From NCBI RefSeq assembly GCF_009914755.1, contig NC_060925.1: a DNA stretch of 64,000 nucleotides. One strand, given 5' to 3'. Under the pieces are notes generated by a model. The model was not told the origin of the DNA, ran no database searches, and was given only the letters and a program-made list of their open reading frames with translations. Of the stretch, positions 31,545 to 49,920 are shown piece by piece (the first letter of the stretch is position 1; every line of letters starts with the position of its first letter). The translations under genes and the position numbers were made by a program. The DNA is from the human T2T-CHM13v2.0 reference genome, Homo sapiens.

Positions 31545-33385
31545 TTATCTGCTGAGAATTTAGGTGTTGGCCTGGCTGTAGTCAAAGGCTCCTAGCCCTT
31601 CAGGTAAAGATGGAGTTCTTCTCACACCACTCACACTCCTCTTCACCCTCCAGTCCCCTCTCCATATCCACTGCCTAGGACTTTCTCTGGCTCTGGGTCT
31701 TTGTCCTTGCAGTTCCCTCAGCTCCAATCTCCTTTCCCTTCCTATTTGCCTGGGTAAATTTTATTCATTCTTCAAATTCTAGGAAGTCTTCTTGAGTTTT
31801 CCGCTGCCCCCTCCGCTGACCCCCCAACCCTCTACAGCATCTGGGTTTGGTGCCTCTCCTGTATTCCCTATAGCACCAGGCACACAGCTCAGCAGTATTT
31901 TCTTGTCTTTATCCTACATTCCACCCACCCAATTTGTCCAGACACCCAATTTGTCTTAGTGTCCCCAGCTCCAAGCCTAGAGCCTGGCCCATGATAGGTG
32001 CCATTTAAATAGCATTGTGGTTGATTGTTTTACCACCTTATCAAACCCCGTAGTTGTAGAAACATTTATTGAGTACCTACTATATGCCAGGCTTCTAATG
32101 TATGTGATTACTAAACCCTGCAACAACCTTGCAGAGTAGATTTGATCACTCCTGCTTCCAAGATAAGGGAGCTGGAGCTCAGAGAGGTTTGGTAGCTTGT
32201 CAAAAGACTCACATTCAGAAAGAGACTAAGCACGGAGGTGACTCAGGCCGTTAGGACTCTAAACTCTGTCTCCTCTTTCTCCTAGCTCTGGATTTCAAGT
32301 CACCCAAATTTGTGCCATCTCTATAACTCAAAAAACAATTACGTATCAGCTGTTTGACCTTAGATAAGTCACTTGACCCCACTTGGTCTGTTTTGTTGAG
32401 TGTAAAATGCCCAGAGTGGGCCACATGAACTACAAGGCCCATGAGCTCCAAGGTGGGTAAGTTTACAAATTAGGACAAGATGGAGCTTTGCCCAAAGGAA
32501 GGCAGCACTGCAGAATAAATCCACTGGGGCCTGTTGGTGGACCCGAATCTGTGGACTTGCATGGCGCCCACGTGGCCTCAGCCTGAGAGGGTGCCTACAC
32601 ACGCTCCCACTCCCATGCTGTGCACTGGGCTTGTCAGTGTTCCGGACAGTGCGTGTGCAAAGGCCCCTTGGTATGCTGAGCCTGTGCCTGTGCCGGTGGC
32701 AGGCAGCTGGCTGGTTCGTCTTCTGGCTCTGGAAATGGCCTCCTGCCTCATCTGGGCCAGCCTTTCCTCAGGGAAGATGAACTTCAGCCATTCCCTGGGA
32801 ATTGGGTCAACAGACCATGGGCTGCTCTCCCAGCGGCTTGCCCTGGCTAGTCCTGCTTTCTGAGGCCAGAGGAGGCCTCGCCAGTGTGCTGAGACGTCCC
32901 CCCTGCTCCACACTTGTGTCTGGTTTTGTTTCTGCTCCAAGCAGGAGGTAATCCCCAGCTCCCCGAGCTCCCTCCCCACCGCCCAACCACCCCGCTCTGC
33001 TCCTCAGGTGGAGAAGCCCATTGCCAGGAGGATAAAGCGGAAGACCCGAGCCCCTCCCAGAACAGAATGAGCCTTGGCAGCAGCTGCAATGGGGGAGGCT
33101 GGGGATGTCAGGGGAAGTGCCCTGGAAAGGGCTAAGGGGTAATAATTATGTATCCATAAAAAATAAAAATAAAAAGCCCAGGCCTGACAGCTCACACTCG
33201 TAATCCCAGTGCTTTGGGAGGCTGCGGTGGAAGGATTGCTTGAGCCCAGGAGTTGAAGACTAGTCTGGGCAACATACAGATCTCCGTCTCTACCAAAAAT
33301 TAAAAACACAAACAAACAAACAAAAAAACCTGGATGTGAAGGCACACATCTGTAATCCCAGTGCTTGGGAAGGCTGAGGTGGGAG

Positions 33386-34316
<931 letters not shown>

Positions 34317-36458
34317 GGAGGATCACTTGAGGCCAGGAGTTCGAGGCTGCAGTGAGCCATGATTGTGCCACTGCACTCCAACCTGGGTGACAGAGCAAGA
34401 TCTTGTCTCAGAAAAAAAAAAAAAAAAGTACATATATGGCAAGAGAGTGAGCAAAGAAAAATAAGAGTCAGAAAAAAAGGCACAAAGAAGTGGGACCTCC
34501 ACAGACCAGGGTGGGGACAAATTTTTCACAGATGACCCAGGGTCCATGCCCAGAACACCCTGGGATTAGTCACTCTTGACCAGCCAGAAACCAGCTGAGA
34601 CCTGGCATGGGCACCCCAGGCATGCCCGAGGGCCCATCCAAGAGCCTTGAGACAAAGGGGTCCCAGGACCCCTGCTTTGCCTGATCGTGAGCCCAGCCAG
34701 CCACCATGATGCAAGACAGAGGGACACAGGCCTTGGCCCTGATGGACTCCCCGCTTCTGCCCAGAACCCCCAAGGTACCTATGAGATGGGCCAGGGCTGG
34801 GGCTGAGGAAGGGTGGGCAGGGTGGGAATGCAGGGCCATTGGAAAAGAAAGGCATTTGATGTCAAAAACCTGCTTTGCAACAGGAAACAAAACTTCACAA
34901 GGATTCAGGAGGAGGCACCTCATCTGGCTTCCTTCCTTCCAGGCCCTGCATCAGAGAGAAGCCTGGAGCCAGAAAGCTCCTCACCCCCAGACACCTTGCC
35001 CCCTCCACCCCATCCTCCTAGTAGGAGGGTTCCCTCCTCTCACACACCTTCCTCTACCCCTGGCTTCCCTACTGGGGGTGAAAGGGAGCATCCTTTCCTC
35101 AGATTCAGGGAATGCAGCCTCCACCCCTGCAGCCCCCACCCAGACAGGGCCATGGTGGAGTGGGAACCCCGTCCACTTCTTCCCAACCTAAGCTCGCCCT
35201 GCCCTGGCACATCAGAGAAGGAGGATGGGGAGAGAGCAGGGCCTGGGGGAATTCCCTGCACTGTTCTCTAGACAGTACATGAAAAGCATGCAAATGTCCT
35301 GCAAAAATAGCATGCCAGTCAGCACATCTTCCACCTTGGCATCCTTTGTCCATCCCCCACTCCACAGGGTCCCCTGATCCTTTAGGTCCATGCCCCACAC
35401 AGCATGAAGGGGGAGGCTTTATTATCCTCCCCTCCGCTGGAACCTCTTCTCTCCCTTCCTCCCCAGCCCCTCACCCAATCTTTCCTGGTCCTCACCCTGC
35501 CCCTCTCAGTGTCTGACCTTCAACAGTTTGAGAAACATTGTGATTTGTATTTTCAGTGTGGGAATGCATTTCAAGCCTTAGAACCCTTGGCGTGTTGCTG
35601 GAAGGTCCAGATACTCTCCTAGCAGGACGTGGCAAGGGTGATCTCTACCTCCTAGTAGAGTCCTAGCAGGTCGCCTGCTGAACCCCAATTTTGAATGCTA
35701 TTACTGATACTGTTTTTACTATTAGGGCAGGAACCCCTAGAGCCCAGAGGTTAAGATTCATAATAAAGAGCTGCATGGCTATCAGCCCTGAGCTGAAATG
35801 AGCAGCCAGTTTAGAATTTAGCATTGGGAGAGTTGCATGTAAAGCAATGGCCTGAAGCTACCTAGAGTAGTTTCACTGACGCTGGTTCTTTTAGTGAACT
35901 GCCTTGGGCCCTGCTCAACCTCAGGCTGCCTTAGGGGGACAGAAATGGAGCTTTATCTCCCATGTCCTCAAAGTGCCAGGCTGGGTGCCTCTGCCCCCTG
36001 CACGTGGTCCATGACTGATCCCAGCAGCACCAGCTCAGCCTGGTCCTGCCTCCTCCCCAGCCCCTTCGCTGAACTGGAAGGAAGGCCCCCACACCCACTG
36101 CCTTCTTGAGCTTGGCCCAGACTCAAGCAGGTCTGGCTACAACTCCTGGAATAGAAAGGAAACCCAGCGACCCATGAGCCTCACTCTGCCTTGGACAGGA
36201 AATGCTTCAGCAGGTTTCAAAGGCACAAGAGCCAAGGGAAGGAAGCTACTTGGGGAGGGTACCCAGGGCAGGCCAGGGCCTCCAGAGGGTGGAAGAAGTG
36301 AGAATGCCAGGCCTTGAGCCCTGCGGCGAGGTCAGAAACCTTGTCCATGACTGAGCTATGGAGTCCACAGGGAGTGGGGAGCAGTGCCCAGATCCGCCAC
36401 TGAATCCAGTACCCACGGACAACTGAGCTTGCAGCCACTTCCACACTAGCCATGCCTT

Positions 36459-37188
36459 CTTTTTTTCTTTTTTTTTTGAGCTGGGGTCTTGCTGTGTCAC
36501 CCAAGCTAGAGTGCAGTGGCAGGATCTCAGCTCACCGCAGTCTCAACTTCCCAGGTGTCTCACGTGTCCGTGTGAACAGATCACCAAACAGGCTTTGTGT
36601 GAGCAGCATAGCTGTTTATTTCACCTGGGTGCAGGCAGGCTGAGTCCAAAAAAGGAGGCAGCAAAGGGTTGTGGGATTACCATTGGTTCTTATAGGTTTT
36701 GGGATAGGAGGTGGAGTTAAGAGCAATGTTTTTGGGGCAGAGGGTGGATCTCACAAAGTACATTCAAGGGTGGGGCGAATTATAAAGAAACTTCTTAAGG
36801 GTGGGGGAAATTATCAAGAACATTGATCAGTTAGGGTGGGGCAGAAACAAATCACAATGGTGGAATGTCATCAGTTAATGCTATTTTCACTTCTGTGGAT
36901 CTTCAGTTGCTTCAGGCCATCTGGATGTACACAAGCAGGTCACTGGGGATATGATGGCTTAGCTTAGGCTCTGAGGTCTGACACCCGGTTCAAGCAATCC
37001 TCCCACCTCAGCCTCCTGCTGTTGCTGGGATCACAGGTGCATACCACCTGGCTAATGTTTGTATTTTTTATAGAGATGGGGTTTTGCCATGATGCCCAGG
37101 CTGGTCTTAAACTCCTAAGCTCAAGCAATCAGCCTACCTCGGCCTCCCAAATTGCTGGAATTACAGGTGTGAGCCACCGTGCCAGCCG
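36459..37188 (-). mobile_element. AluJ split by LTR7
   Basis: TSD AGCCATGCCTTCTT; Alu resumes at 36984. Confidence 0.9.
36556..36983 (-). mobile_element. LTR7-family (HERV-H) solo LTR, probably an older subfamily such as LTR7C
   Basis: Minus strand starts TGTCAGACCTCAGAGCCTAAGCTAAGCCATCATATCCCC; TG...CA ends; 5-bp TSD CCAGG/CCCGG; AATAAA at 36615-36620 (-). Confidence 0.88.
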
Positions 37189-37949
37189 AGCCATGCCTTC
37201 TTCATGGCCCAGCCTCGAGGGGTGGCAGATGCATGGTTCTAAGTGACCACCACTCAGTACATCATTCTTCTATTGACCACAGTTATGTTGCCAGTCAGTG
37301 CCTGCAAACCACTTGGATTTAACCAATGTGTCCCCAGAGCAGTAAGTGAAAATCCTGGGATATCAGGTCACCAGGAAGGCAAGTGTGATGGAAAGTTGAG
37401 GCGCTATATACACAGAGGACAAATTTTTGATCCCTGGTTCCACCACATCTTCTCCGTGTTGCTGCGGGCAGGTCACTTAATCCTCTGAGCCTCCTTTGTC
37501 TCATCTGTAAGATAGGATGGTCATATCTATCTCAAACAGCTATTTATGGGTTGAATGAAATAGATCAGTGTTTGCTTGGCACACAGTGGTTGTGAAATAA
37601 ATAGTAGTTCTTAAAATTAATTGGAGAGACAGAACGTACACATCCAAATCGAGTCATTCAGCCACCCCCACACCAACCCAAAGTAGTCTCGCTCCCACTT
37701 CCTCAGCCTTGCACACAGCTCTTCCAACTCCTACACCTTCTGCCAAAACCCCCAGACACGCCTTCTGCAGCAAGCCTTCCAGAACAAACTTGTCTATTCA
37801 TGGCAACCGTCCCTTCACGCCAGACTTCCACGACGTCCCTGCTGCTCATGGAATGCCACTCCCGTGGTTAAACTTGGTCATCTTCTCCATCAGACATGAG
37901 CAGGAACTGCCTCTCCCAATCAGCCTAGTATCCAGATGCCAGCCACTCT

Positions 37950-38400
37950 GGAGCCCTTCATGCAGAACCTACAGAAGCCACACTCCTTTCTATCTCAAGG
38001 TCTTCGCATGCGCCCCTCCCTGGGCCTGCAATGCTTGATGATCAGCCCCCTCACCCACTCCGCTCAGCAAGTGGCCAGAAGAACTCTTAGACTGCCTCTA
38101 GGACTCAGCATAAATACTACTTCCTCCAGGAAGGCTTCCTTGACTCCCAAACTGAAACAGGTTTCTTATTTTACCTTTCCATGCAATCCAGGAATCTCTT
38201 TCAGAGCACTGGCAGCTAAAAATAATTAATTAACAGCAACACTCCTTTAATGCTTGTCCCACATTAAGCTGCAAGTTTAATGAGGACAGGAGCAGGTATA
38301 TTGTGTTCCCTGGTATATTCTCAACACTTAGCTCAGTACTCGGTGTACAGAAGTGCAACAAATACTTGTCAAATGAATGAATGAATAAATGAATGAATAC
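37950..38400 (+). mobile_element. L2 3' end
   Basis: TCCAGGAAGGCTTCCTTGAC...AAATACTTGTCAAATGAATGAATGAATAAATGAATGAAT. Confidence 0.75.
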
Positions 38401-40612
38401 AACCTCTCCCCACCACACCCAGGTTCCAGCATAAATCTGTTCATATAACACCCTCAGGGGCCAAGAAGGACACACAGGAAGACCTTCTGATTCCAGCTGT
38501 GATATATTTCTTCCTGGGAACATGTTGCCTTTTCTTGGTTGAGCCACGAGTCTCCAGGTTTTCTGTACATTGCAAACAACCCTTTCCCCTCCCTGAGGAA
38601 CACATTCCCCAGTAAGAAGAAGACACCCCAAAGGCTTCCCCCACTGGGAAAGGCTCGGTGCTAACCACATCAGGTTAAATAATATGGTTTGCATCCTGTT
38701 TGCTTTGAAGCACATTTGGCAGACATGCATCACAGGCTGGAAATCGCCCCCTCACCCACTTACTTGCTCCAGCCCCACTGGGCAGTCCCCACGAACCATG
38801 GCTGAAACAGCCTGTCTAGATCCTCAAGTCCCCTCCCACCCCCAGTGCCCCTCAATGCTTATATTTGGCCTTTGCCCAGTTCTAACAGGGGGTGGTCTCA
38901 CCAAAGCCTTGGGCAGCAGCCAGAACCCATGGGGCTCTGTAGTGTGGACTGTGGGCTTTGGCCAGGTGAGCACTGAACCAGGAGACCCAGGGTTTGGCCA
39001 CTGTGTGCCTCTTCCAGCCTCTCAGCACTTAGCTCAGTACTCGGTGTAATAGAAGTGCAATAAATACTTGTCAAATGAATGAAAGACTTCACTTCTCTGA
39101 GCTTGTTTCCCTGCTGATAAATGGGGGCAATGGAGTGATGACACCTGTGTTTCCCACCTCACCGGGTGGGTGTAAATGCCAACTAGGAAAACAGAGGGGA
39201 GTCTCTGCAATGGGCGGGACACCATGCAAGGCACTGGGGAAATCAAAATGAAGGAGACCAGTCCCTGCCTGCAAAGAAATTGAGTCAACAGTAAACAAGC
39301 AAAGAGGCCCTCATAATACAGCGTGTTAGAGGAGTGAGAGGGTGCTGCCAAAGCGGCCATGTCACCCACGAAAAGAGCTGATGCCAAGGGTCACAGACAG
39401 CCTCGGAGTGAGTAAAACATCACCAACAGGGAACTCAGGCCAACCTGTTCGTCACTCTTGCACACTTGCTCTGTGGCCTTGAGCAAATTACTTGCCCGCT
39501 CTGTGCCTCATTGAGATGGGAGGAATTCATGAATGAGCACATATGAGGTGCTTGGAACAGTTCTAGGGCAAAAAGCAGGGGCTAAGGCAGTGTCAGCTAT
39601 GATTATGGTTATTCTGTTTTTAATCCATTCAACAAATATGTACAAGGCTCTGTGTTGGGCATGGGGGGTGTGTCAGTAAACCGAAAGGACTGAAAACCCT
39701 GCTCTCGTAGAGCTTACATTCTGGAAGGGAAAGAAGCAAACCAAATAAGCACAGTAGTTAATGTGTTTGATGAGTAGGAGTGCTTTGTAAAAAAAAGAAA
39801 GCAGAAAGCGGGTATAAGGCGCTCCATCACTGTGGGACGGGTTCCCCAGGGAGGGTTCCGATGGGAGGCACCCAGTCAGGGAAGAGGCTGGGGTGAGCAA
39901 AGGCCTGGAGGAGGTGAGAGGAACCATGGATTCGGCTGGAGAAAGTGGTCCAAACAGGAACAGCCGGGCCTTATCCTGTGTTGCTATTAATACATCTTCA
40001 GCTGCAAAATGGAAATGAGAAGTTGCTGTGAGGATTAAATTAGGTAACAAATGCCCGGCACATGGTGAGCACAGAATAAATGCTAGTGCCTCTGCCACTC
40101 CCTTCTCATCCCACAGGGCTCCTTGCAGTTATTAGATGTTTGGGTTCCCCAAGCCAGATTGTGCTTCCTCTCTGGTGCAGGGCGTCTTCTGCTGGTCTCC
40201 CAGTGGCCCCTTGAGCACTGCATGGGCTGGGATCTGGAGGAGGGACAGCAGGTTGCTGAAGGCCCTTGGGATGACCCAGGGATCTCAGACCAGAGCATGG
40301 AGGGCAGACACTGGCCCGTTGCCTTCTAGCTGTGGTATCTTGGCCAGGGACAGTAATAACAGTTGTCACCTACGCCAGCACATTTTATCGCTTAATCCTT
40401 CTCCTGCCCTGGGAGGCAGATATGGAACGTGAGCCTCAGAGAGTTTCACACAGTGAGAAGATAGAAAAGCTGAGATCTGAGGCTGAGGTATGAGACTCCA
40501 AAGCCCCTGCTCTCGGCAGGGTTGCCAGATTTACCAACAACAAACAAAAACAAAAGCAGTACACCAGCTTAAATTTGAATTTCAGATAAACAAGAGATAA
40601 TTTTTAGAAGTA

Positions 40613-40916
40613 CAGCTATCCCTTGGTATCCCTGGGAGATTGGTTCCAGGACCCCACAGATACTAAAATCTGAGGATGCTCAAGTCCCTCATATAAACTG
40701 ACATAGTGTTTCCGTATAACCGTATAACTGCCCATATACTTTAGCTCATCTCTAGGTTATCTACAATACCTAACACAATGTAAATGCTTTGTAAATAGTT
40801 GTTAGTTATAAGGTATTTTTTATTTGTATTATTTTTATTGTTTTTAAAAAATATTTTCTATCTGCAATTGGTTGACTCCATGGATGAAGAACCCACAGAT
40901 ATGGAGGGTCAACTGT
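40613..40916. mobile_element. MER2 (TcMar-Tigger MITE)
   Basis: CAGCTATCCCTTGGTATCC...GATATGGAGGGTCAACTG, flanked by TA/TA. Confidence 0.85.
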
Positions 40917-40963
40917 AGATCCCAAATACTAAATGACATGTTGATAGTAAAAAAGTATTCATT

Positions 40964-41929
<966 letters not shown>

Positions 41930-41997
41930 TCAGCCACTCTGCAGTACTGTCTCCCAGAATCAGAGGCCACTGCCTGTGGGGATGTTAGAAAAGTTAG

Positions 41998-42321
<324 letters not shown>

Positions 42322-42654
42322 TCAAGGGTGCCAATCAATTTTCCAACGATGCCCCTTGCTTGAGATTAGGTCTCACTTGAAGATGGACTGAGGCCCACCC
42401 CAGAAAGTAGGCAAAGGGCCCCCTGCTGTAGGTCCTGAGCTTTTTGGGGACACAGTCTGACCCTTTTCTGGCCAACCCCCTCCTCACAAAGAGAGGAGTC
42501 TGCAGGGCCAAGATACACCCACCCAGAACCTGCCTCCCTCACCGCCCCCTAGTCCTGGGATCTTGGAAGGCCCTGCCTAGCAGGCCCTGAGCCCACTTGC
42601 AGGGTTTGAGGGCCTCCCGAGGACTGATTATGCCACTGGTGGAGGCACCACTGG

Positions 42655-42748
42655 CTGGGGCTGCAGATAAAACACAGGATTCCCAGTTACATTGGAGTTT
42701 TACATACATAAGGAATACTTTTTTAGTATAAGTATGTCCCAAATATCA
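42655..42748. mobile_element. MER53 half element
   Basis: CAGATAAAACACAGGA...TTTTAGTATAAGTATGTCCCAAATAT. Confidence 0.75.
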
Positions 42749-43042
42749 CAACCTCTCCCTGGGCCCAAGAAGTGGCCAGGGACTGCTGTTTGGTGGTGTG
42801 TGGTTGTGCGGGCTGGGTGTCCACACAGATATTGAAGGCACTGGTGACCTCTCGTGGTTCAGAATGGTGCCAAGAGTGGGAAGAGAAGCGGGCATGGGCT
42901 GTGATCTGAGAATATCATTTGGTCTCTACTGGGCCCACAAAAGCTAGGGCAGCCTGCTTATTCCAATTTCTCTGCCTTCTCTTACCACCTCTAAGTTACC
43001 AGCCTGCGTTCCCCAGAGGGAGTGCTCTGAGCTGGGCAGTAA

Positions 43043-43683
<641 letters not shown>

Positions 43684-43952
43684 TGACGGAGGTGGGAGTG
43701 AAGGCTGCAGGAACTTCCACTGGCCTCTTGACCTATTCTAGAACCCTGTGGAAAATATGCTGCTCTCCTCTGGAGGAACTTCCCAATGACTGAGGTGCGC
43801 TGGGGCCCTACTCCATGTCTTGTGTATGCCTCGATCCTGTGCATACAGGCACATATATGTAAAGTGCCTAGAACAGTGCCCAGCACATGTGAGCACTAAA
43901 TATGCTGGCTATTACCATTATCATTACTTACAAATGACACATAGTCACCAAC

Positions 43953-44250
<298 letters not shown>

Positions 44251-44394
44251 AGTCACCCACTTTTATGTTCCTCTTACTCACTGGACAGTGAATTCCGTAG
44301 GGGCTGGGGCTGTGTTTGGTTTAGTAGTCTTAGTGTCTGGTACAAACACATATGTGCTCAATAAATGTTTCTCTGATGAAAACAATGGACAGGG

Positions 44395-44540
44395 ATAGGC
44401 TCAGTGCCTCATGCCTGTAATCCCAGCACTGTGGGAGGCCGACATGGGAGGATCGCTTGAGGACAGGAGATCAAGACAAGCCTGGGTAACACAGCAAAAC
44501 CCCATCTCTATAAAAAATTTTTTAAAAATTAAAATAATGA
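44395..44540 (+). mobile_element. FLAM / left Alu monomer
   Basis: Single monomer; TSD GAAAACAATRGAYA. Confidence 0.8.
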
Positions 44541-44914
44541 AAAAAGGAAAACAATAGATAGTCTTTAGTTATTCTGGCTTTGTGTACCTGAATTTTCTCT
44601 CCACGCTATAGGTGCAGATTGGGTCACAATCAAATGCCACTGTCTCTTGTGCCCCCTTTCACAGGGCCTCAGACCCCTGCCACCTCCCTGCTCCCTTGCC
44701 CTCACCCCTAGACACCTTTGCCTGGGTCTCTGCCCTCCCAGTGGGCCCCACGGTGCATCACCAGCCACTGCCACAGGTTGCTTGGCCCTCGGGTGTCAGG
44801 GGCTCTAGACTGTGAGGGTAGACGAGTCTCCCCTTGGCGTTATGCGTGGTAGGAGAGGCCAGAGCCCCATTCGTGGGAATGGTGATCCCATTTTGTGTCA
44901 AGTCCTCTTCCTAG

Positions 44915-45365
<451 letters not shown>

Positions 45366-45785
45366 TGGAGCAAAACTTCTGTAGGTTGGCCCTGCCAGCC
45401 AGACATGTCTGAATCCTACCTTAGGCCCATGTTACCCTGGGGAGCCATAGGCACACACACCTCCACATACATGATCACACCCACTCGCACCCTCCCACAC
45501 ACACTCACACCCTCTCTCCCCTGATTCACTCTACTGACAGCAGCTCACAGATAAGCCACAATGTGACTAACCCACAAAGCACACACTGCACTGAGTTTTT
45601 TACTGCCTAGGAGCACCAGTTTAGGAGGAGCATGGCAGATTTAAAATCTCTTTTCACCCCTTTTCAAGCTCAGCGCTGTTTCCTCTTACTCTAGACCCCT
45701 GCATCCCTTCTGCTCCCCCCAACCTAGAGCCCCTGCTTTTTGCAAGTGGAACCCCCACACCAGTACCTCCAGAGACCCAGAGCTA

Positions 45786-46220
<435 letters not shown>

Positions 46221-47852
46221 TCAGAAGCAGGGGTCTAAGGCTCCCTTTGCTCCGGGCATCTGGGTACATGTGTGGGGCCCAGGCCTGAGCTGCCTACTTC
46301 CACCTGCAGTGACTTCTCAGCCCCAAGCCCAGCACTACGCCCTGCCCTGTGGCTCCGTCTCTTTGTCTCTTTCTCAGCTCTCCTCTGTCCTCCCCCATCT
46401 TTATCCAGTCTCCCTCCGACCCTGCCCACTGCACCTGGTCCTTCCTGTTCCTCCCTGGCCTTCTTGCAGGCTTCGTCACTTGCTTCCTGGCTGTCCTCTC
46501 TTTGCCCAGCAGCTGGTGGCCCCATCCATGTCCCCTGAAGGGCAGGGCCTTTCAGGAATCCGCTTCTGAGAAGGAGCCACGCTCAATCCTGGGGGACAGA
46601 AGGGGCAGATGGGGGAGGGGGAGATGACAAAAATAGCTCCTTGGCTGAGCAGGGAAGAGAGCGGGAGCATCGGGAATGGGAGCAGACGGGGAGAGGAAGG
46701 CGGGCCAGAGCTGGGAGGTCAGCAAGGCAGGAACAAGCAGATGAAGAAACTACCACCTGACAGTGATGATGTCTGGGCCTGGAGTGGGGCAGGGAGGAGA
46801 AGACCCTCTCCAGGTCTCTGCAGGGAGTCCCCTGGCTTTCCCATGTCTGGAATCTCTCTTCAGATCAGTGACAGACAATGAGGCCTCCAGGTACCTGGAT
46901 TCGGGACTCCCCCCGGGGCTTCTCGAGAGCAGATGGTGGACCCTACAGACGCTGCCGTCGGCCTTAGAACAGTCACCCCTGGGCACATGTGTCCATTCCA
47001 TTCCCATTTACCAAGTGCCCATAGGGACTGGGCATGGTGCTGCGGTAGGGGCTCACTGTCTGGAGGTCCTGAAGAGACCCTCTCATTCAGCCTCTAGGCA
47101 CACCACATGTGCCTCCCTCAAACACAGCACTAATTTTGGGCTCAGCAGCAAACAGGGTTTCATCCCTGTCTCACTCCCAGAGCACTCAGTCCAGGAGAGA
47201 CAGAGGGCTAAGCAGGCCATTGCAACCAGAGAATGGAGGGTACAGGGTATGGTGGGGCCTGGGGCTCAGCACCTACCCCAGGCTCTGGTAGACTGATTGT
47301 TAGTTCAGACCAGATTTTGATCACTATGTAATCTGATCCCTATCTCCCTTGCCAACCTGTTTCCCACTGGGCCTGTCCTGGAAGCACATACACCAATACA
47401 ACACCTCCTAACAAGCAAGTCCCATTCAGTCTTCAAGCAAAGTTCAGCTCCCACTCTGCACCTCTGCGACACCCTTGCCTTCACGTGAATGTCCCTTCCC
47501 TTCAGCCTGCCCAAATCTCCACGTCCTTCTGAACCCAGCTTGCGTGCTCACGCCTGTGAAGTCCCTGACCATGAAAAGCCATTCCTTGCCCTGGCCCATC
47601 AGTTATAGCCTGTGCCCGGCAGGCATGGATTGCCGCCCGTTATTCCATGTAGGTCCTCCCTGGTGACGGCTGTGCTGCCCAAGGACAAGGGCATGTCTTA
47701 TACAGTTTTTCCTGAGGTATAAATAAGCGTCATAATCATAGTTATCATCTTCTTTTTACCATCATTCATGTGCATGAAATTTCCCACAGAAAGAAGGACA
47801 TTGAGTGTGACTTGAACGTGTCATACTGCTCCTTGTACATGATTTCATTTAA

Positions 47853-48185
<333 letters not shown>

Positions 48186-48599
48186 CCTGTAACTCCTATT
48201 TTAAAGAGGAGGAAAGGCAGCTTGGGGCCCAGCAAAAGCAGCAAGGCTAGATTAAGCACCATTTGATACAGTTGGTCCCTCTCTCCTGCTTGAGGCTATC
48301 TCTTCTGGGATAAGCGTTTCCTGGCTTCCCTCCTACCTCCCTGATTGTGCCTTCTCTTCTCTTGGGCTTCTGAAGAGTGCAGTGCTCAAGGCTCAGCCCT
48401 CATCCTTTTCCCCATCTGCACTCCCACACTCATGATCTCATTCACCATCTGCAGAATGACACCCCAAACTTACATTTCTAGTGCAGACCTTTCTCCCATA
48501 ATCCTGACTCCTATACCTAACTGCCTGCTAGGCTCACCCAGCTGGAGTCTGGCAGACATCTCCAGTGGACCAGACGGAATGCAGTGCTCCTGAGCTCCC

Positions 48600-49309
<710 letters not shown>

Positions 49310-49920
49310 TCCCCCACCCCTCCCAAGCCTGCCTCCAGCCCCTGCCTGAGCCCCCATAGCCTCCTGTCTGGGTATCATGCTGGGCTCCGAGAGCTGCTCT
49401 CCCATTTCCCACCTTCTTGCTCAGCAGTGGGAGGGATCCTTTACAAAGAGAAGACAGGCCACTGTTACACCCTAAGTGATGTAGCCCCCACCCTTCGACA
49501 ATCCCTCAGTCTCCAACTTTCCACATCACCCCCTCCACTCCAGCTTCCTGGTCTCCAGCTGTTGCTCAAACACACAGTCCTGTTCCCTCTGCCTCAGCTC
49601 TGGAGACATGGTGTTCTCTCTGCCTGCCACATGGGCAGCTCCTTCACTTCCCTGACCACTCTCTTAAGATTGCAACCCCAACCTCATCCATACATGTGCT
49701 CCTGATCCCCCTTTCCCTGCTCTATTTTGCCTTTATTCCACAGCCTTAAGACCTAATTTATTTACTTTTTAGGGTTATTATAACCTCCCCATCTCCCACC
49801 AGAAGCAACCCATGGTCAGGGATCTTTGTCTTTTTGGTTCACTGCTGTATTCCAAGCACCTATAACGATACCTAGCACATAGTGGGTTTTGAGTAAATAT
49901 TGAACGAAAGAATGAACAGA
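49310..49920 (+). mobile_element. L2 3' portion (continues from ~48230-48595)
   Basis: GTTCACTGCTGTATTCCAAGCACCTA...CCTAGCACATAGT...TAAATATTGAACGAAAGAATGAA. Confidence 0.75.

Noticed and set aside
32578-32979. Protein-like peptide REWLKFIFPEERLAQMRQEAISRARRR behind a minus-strand acceptor near 32860
   Set aside because: No convincing donor, no partner exons and no protein I recognise. tBLASTn or PhyloCSF would be needed to revive it.
46763-47296. 177-aa plus-strand ORF (also 34706-35271 ORFs)
   Set aside because: Low-information composition and no domain; length compatible with chance in GC-rich DNA.
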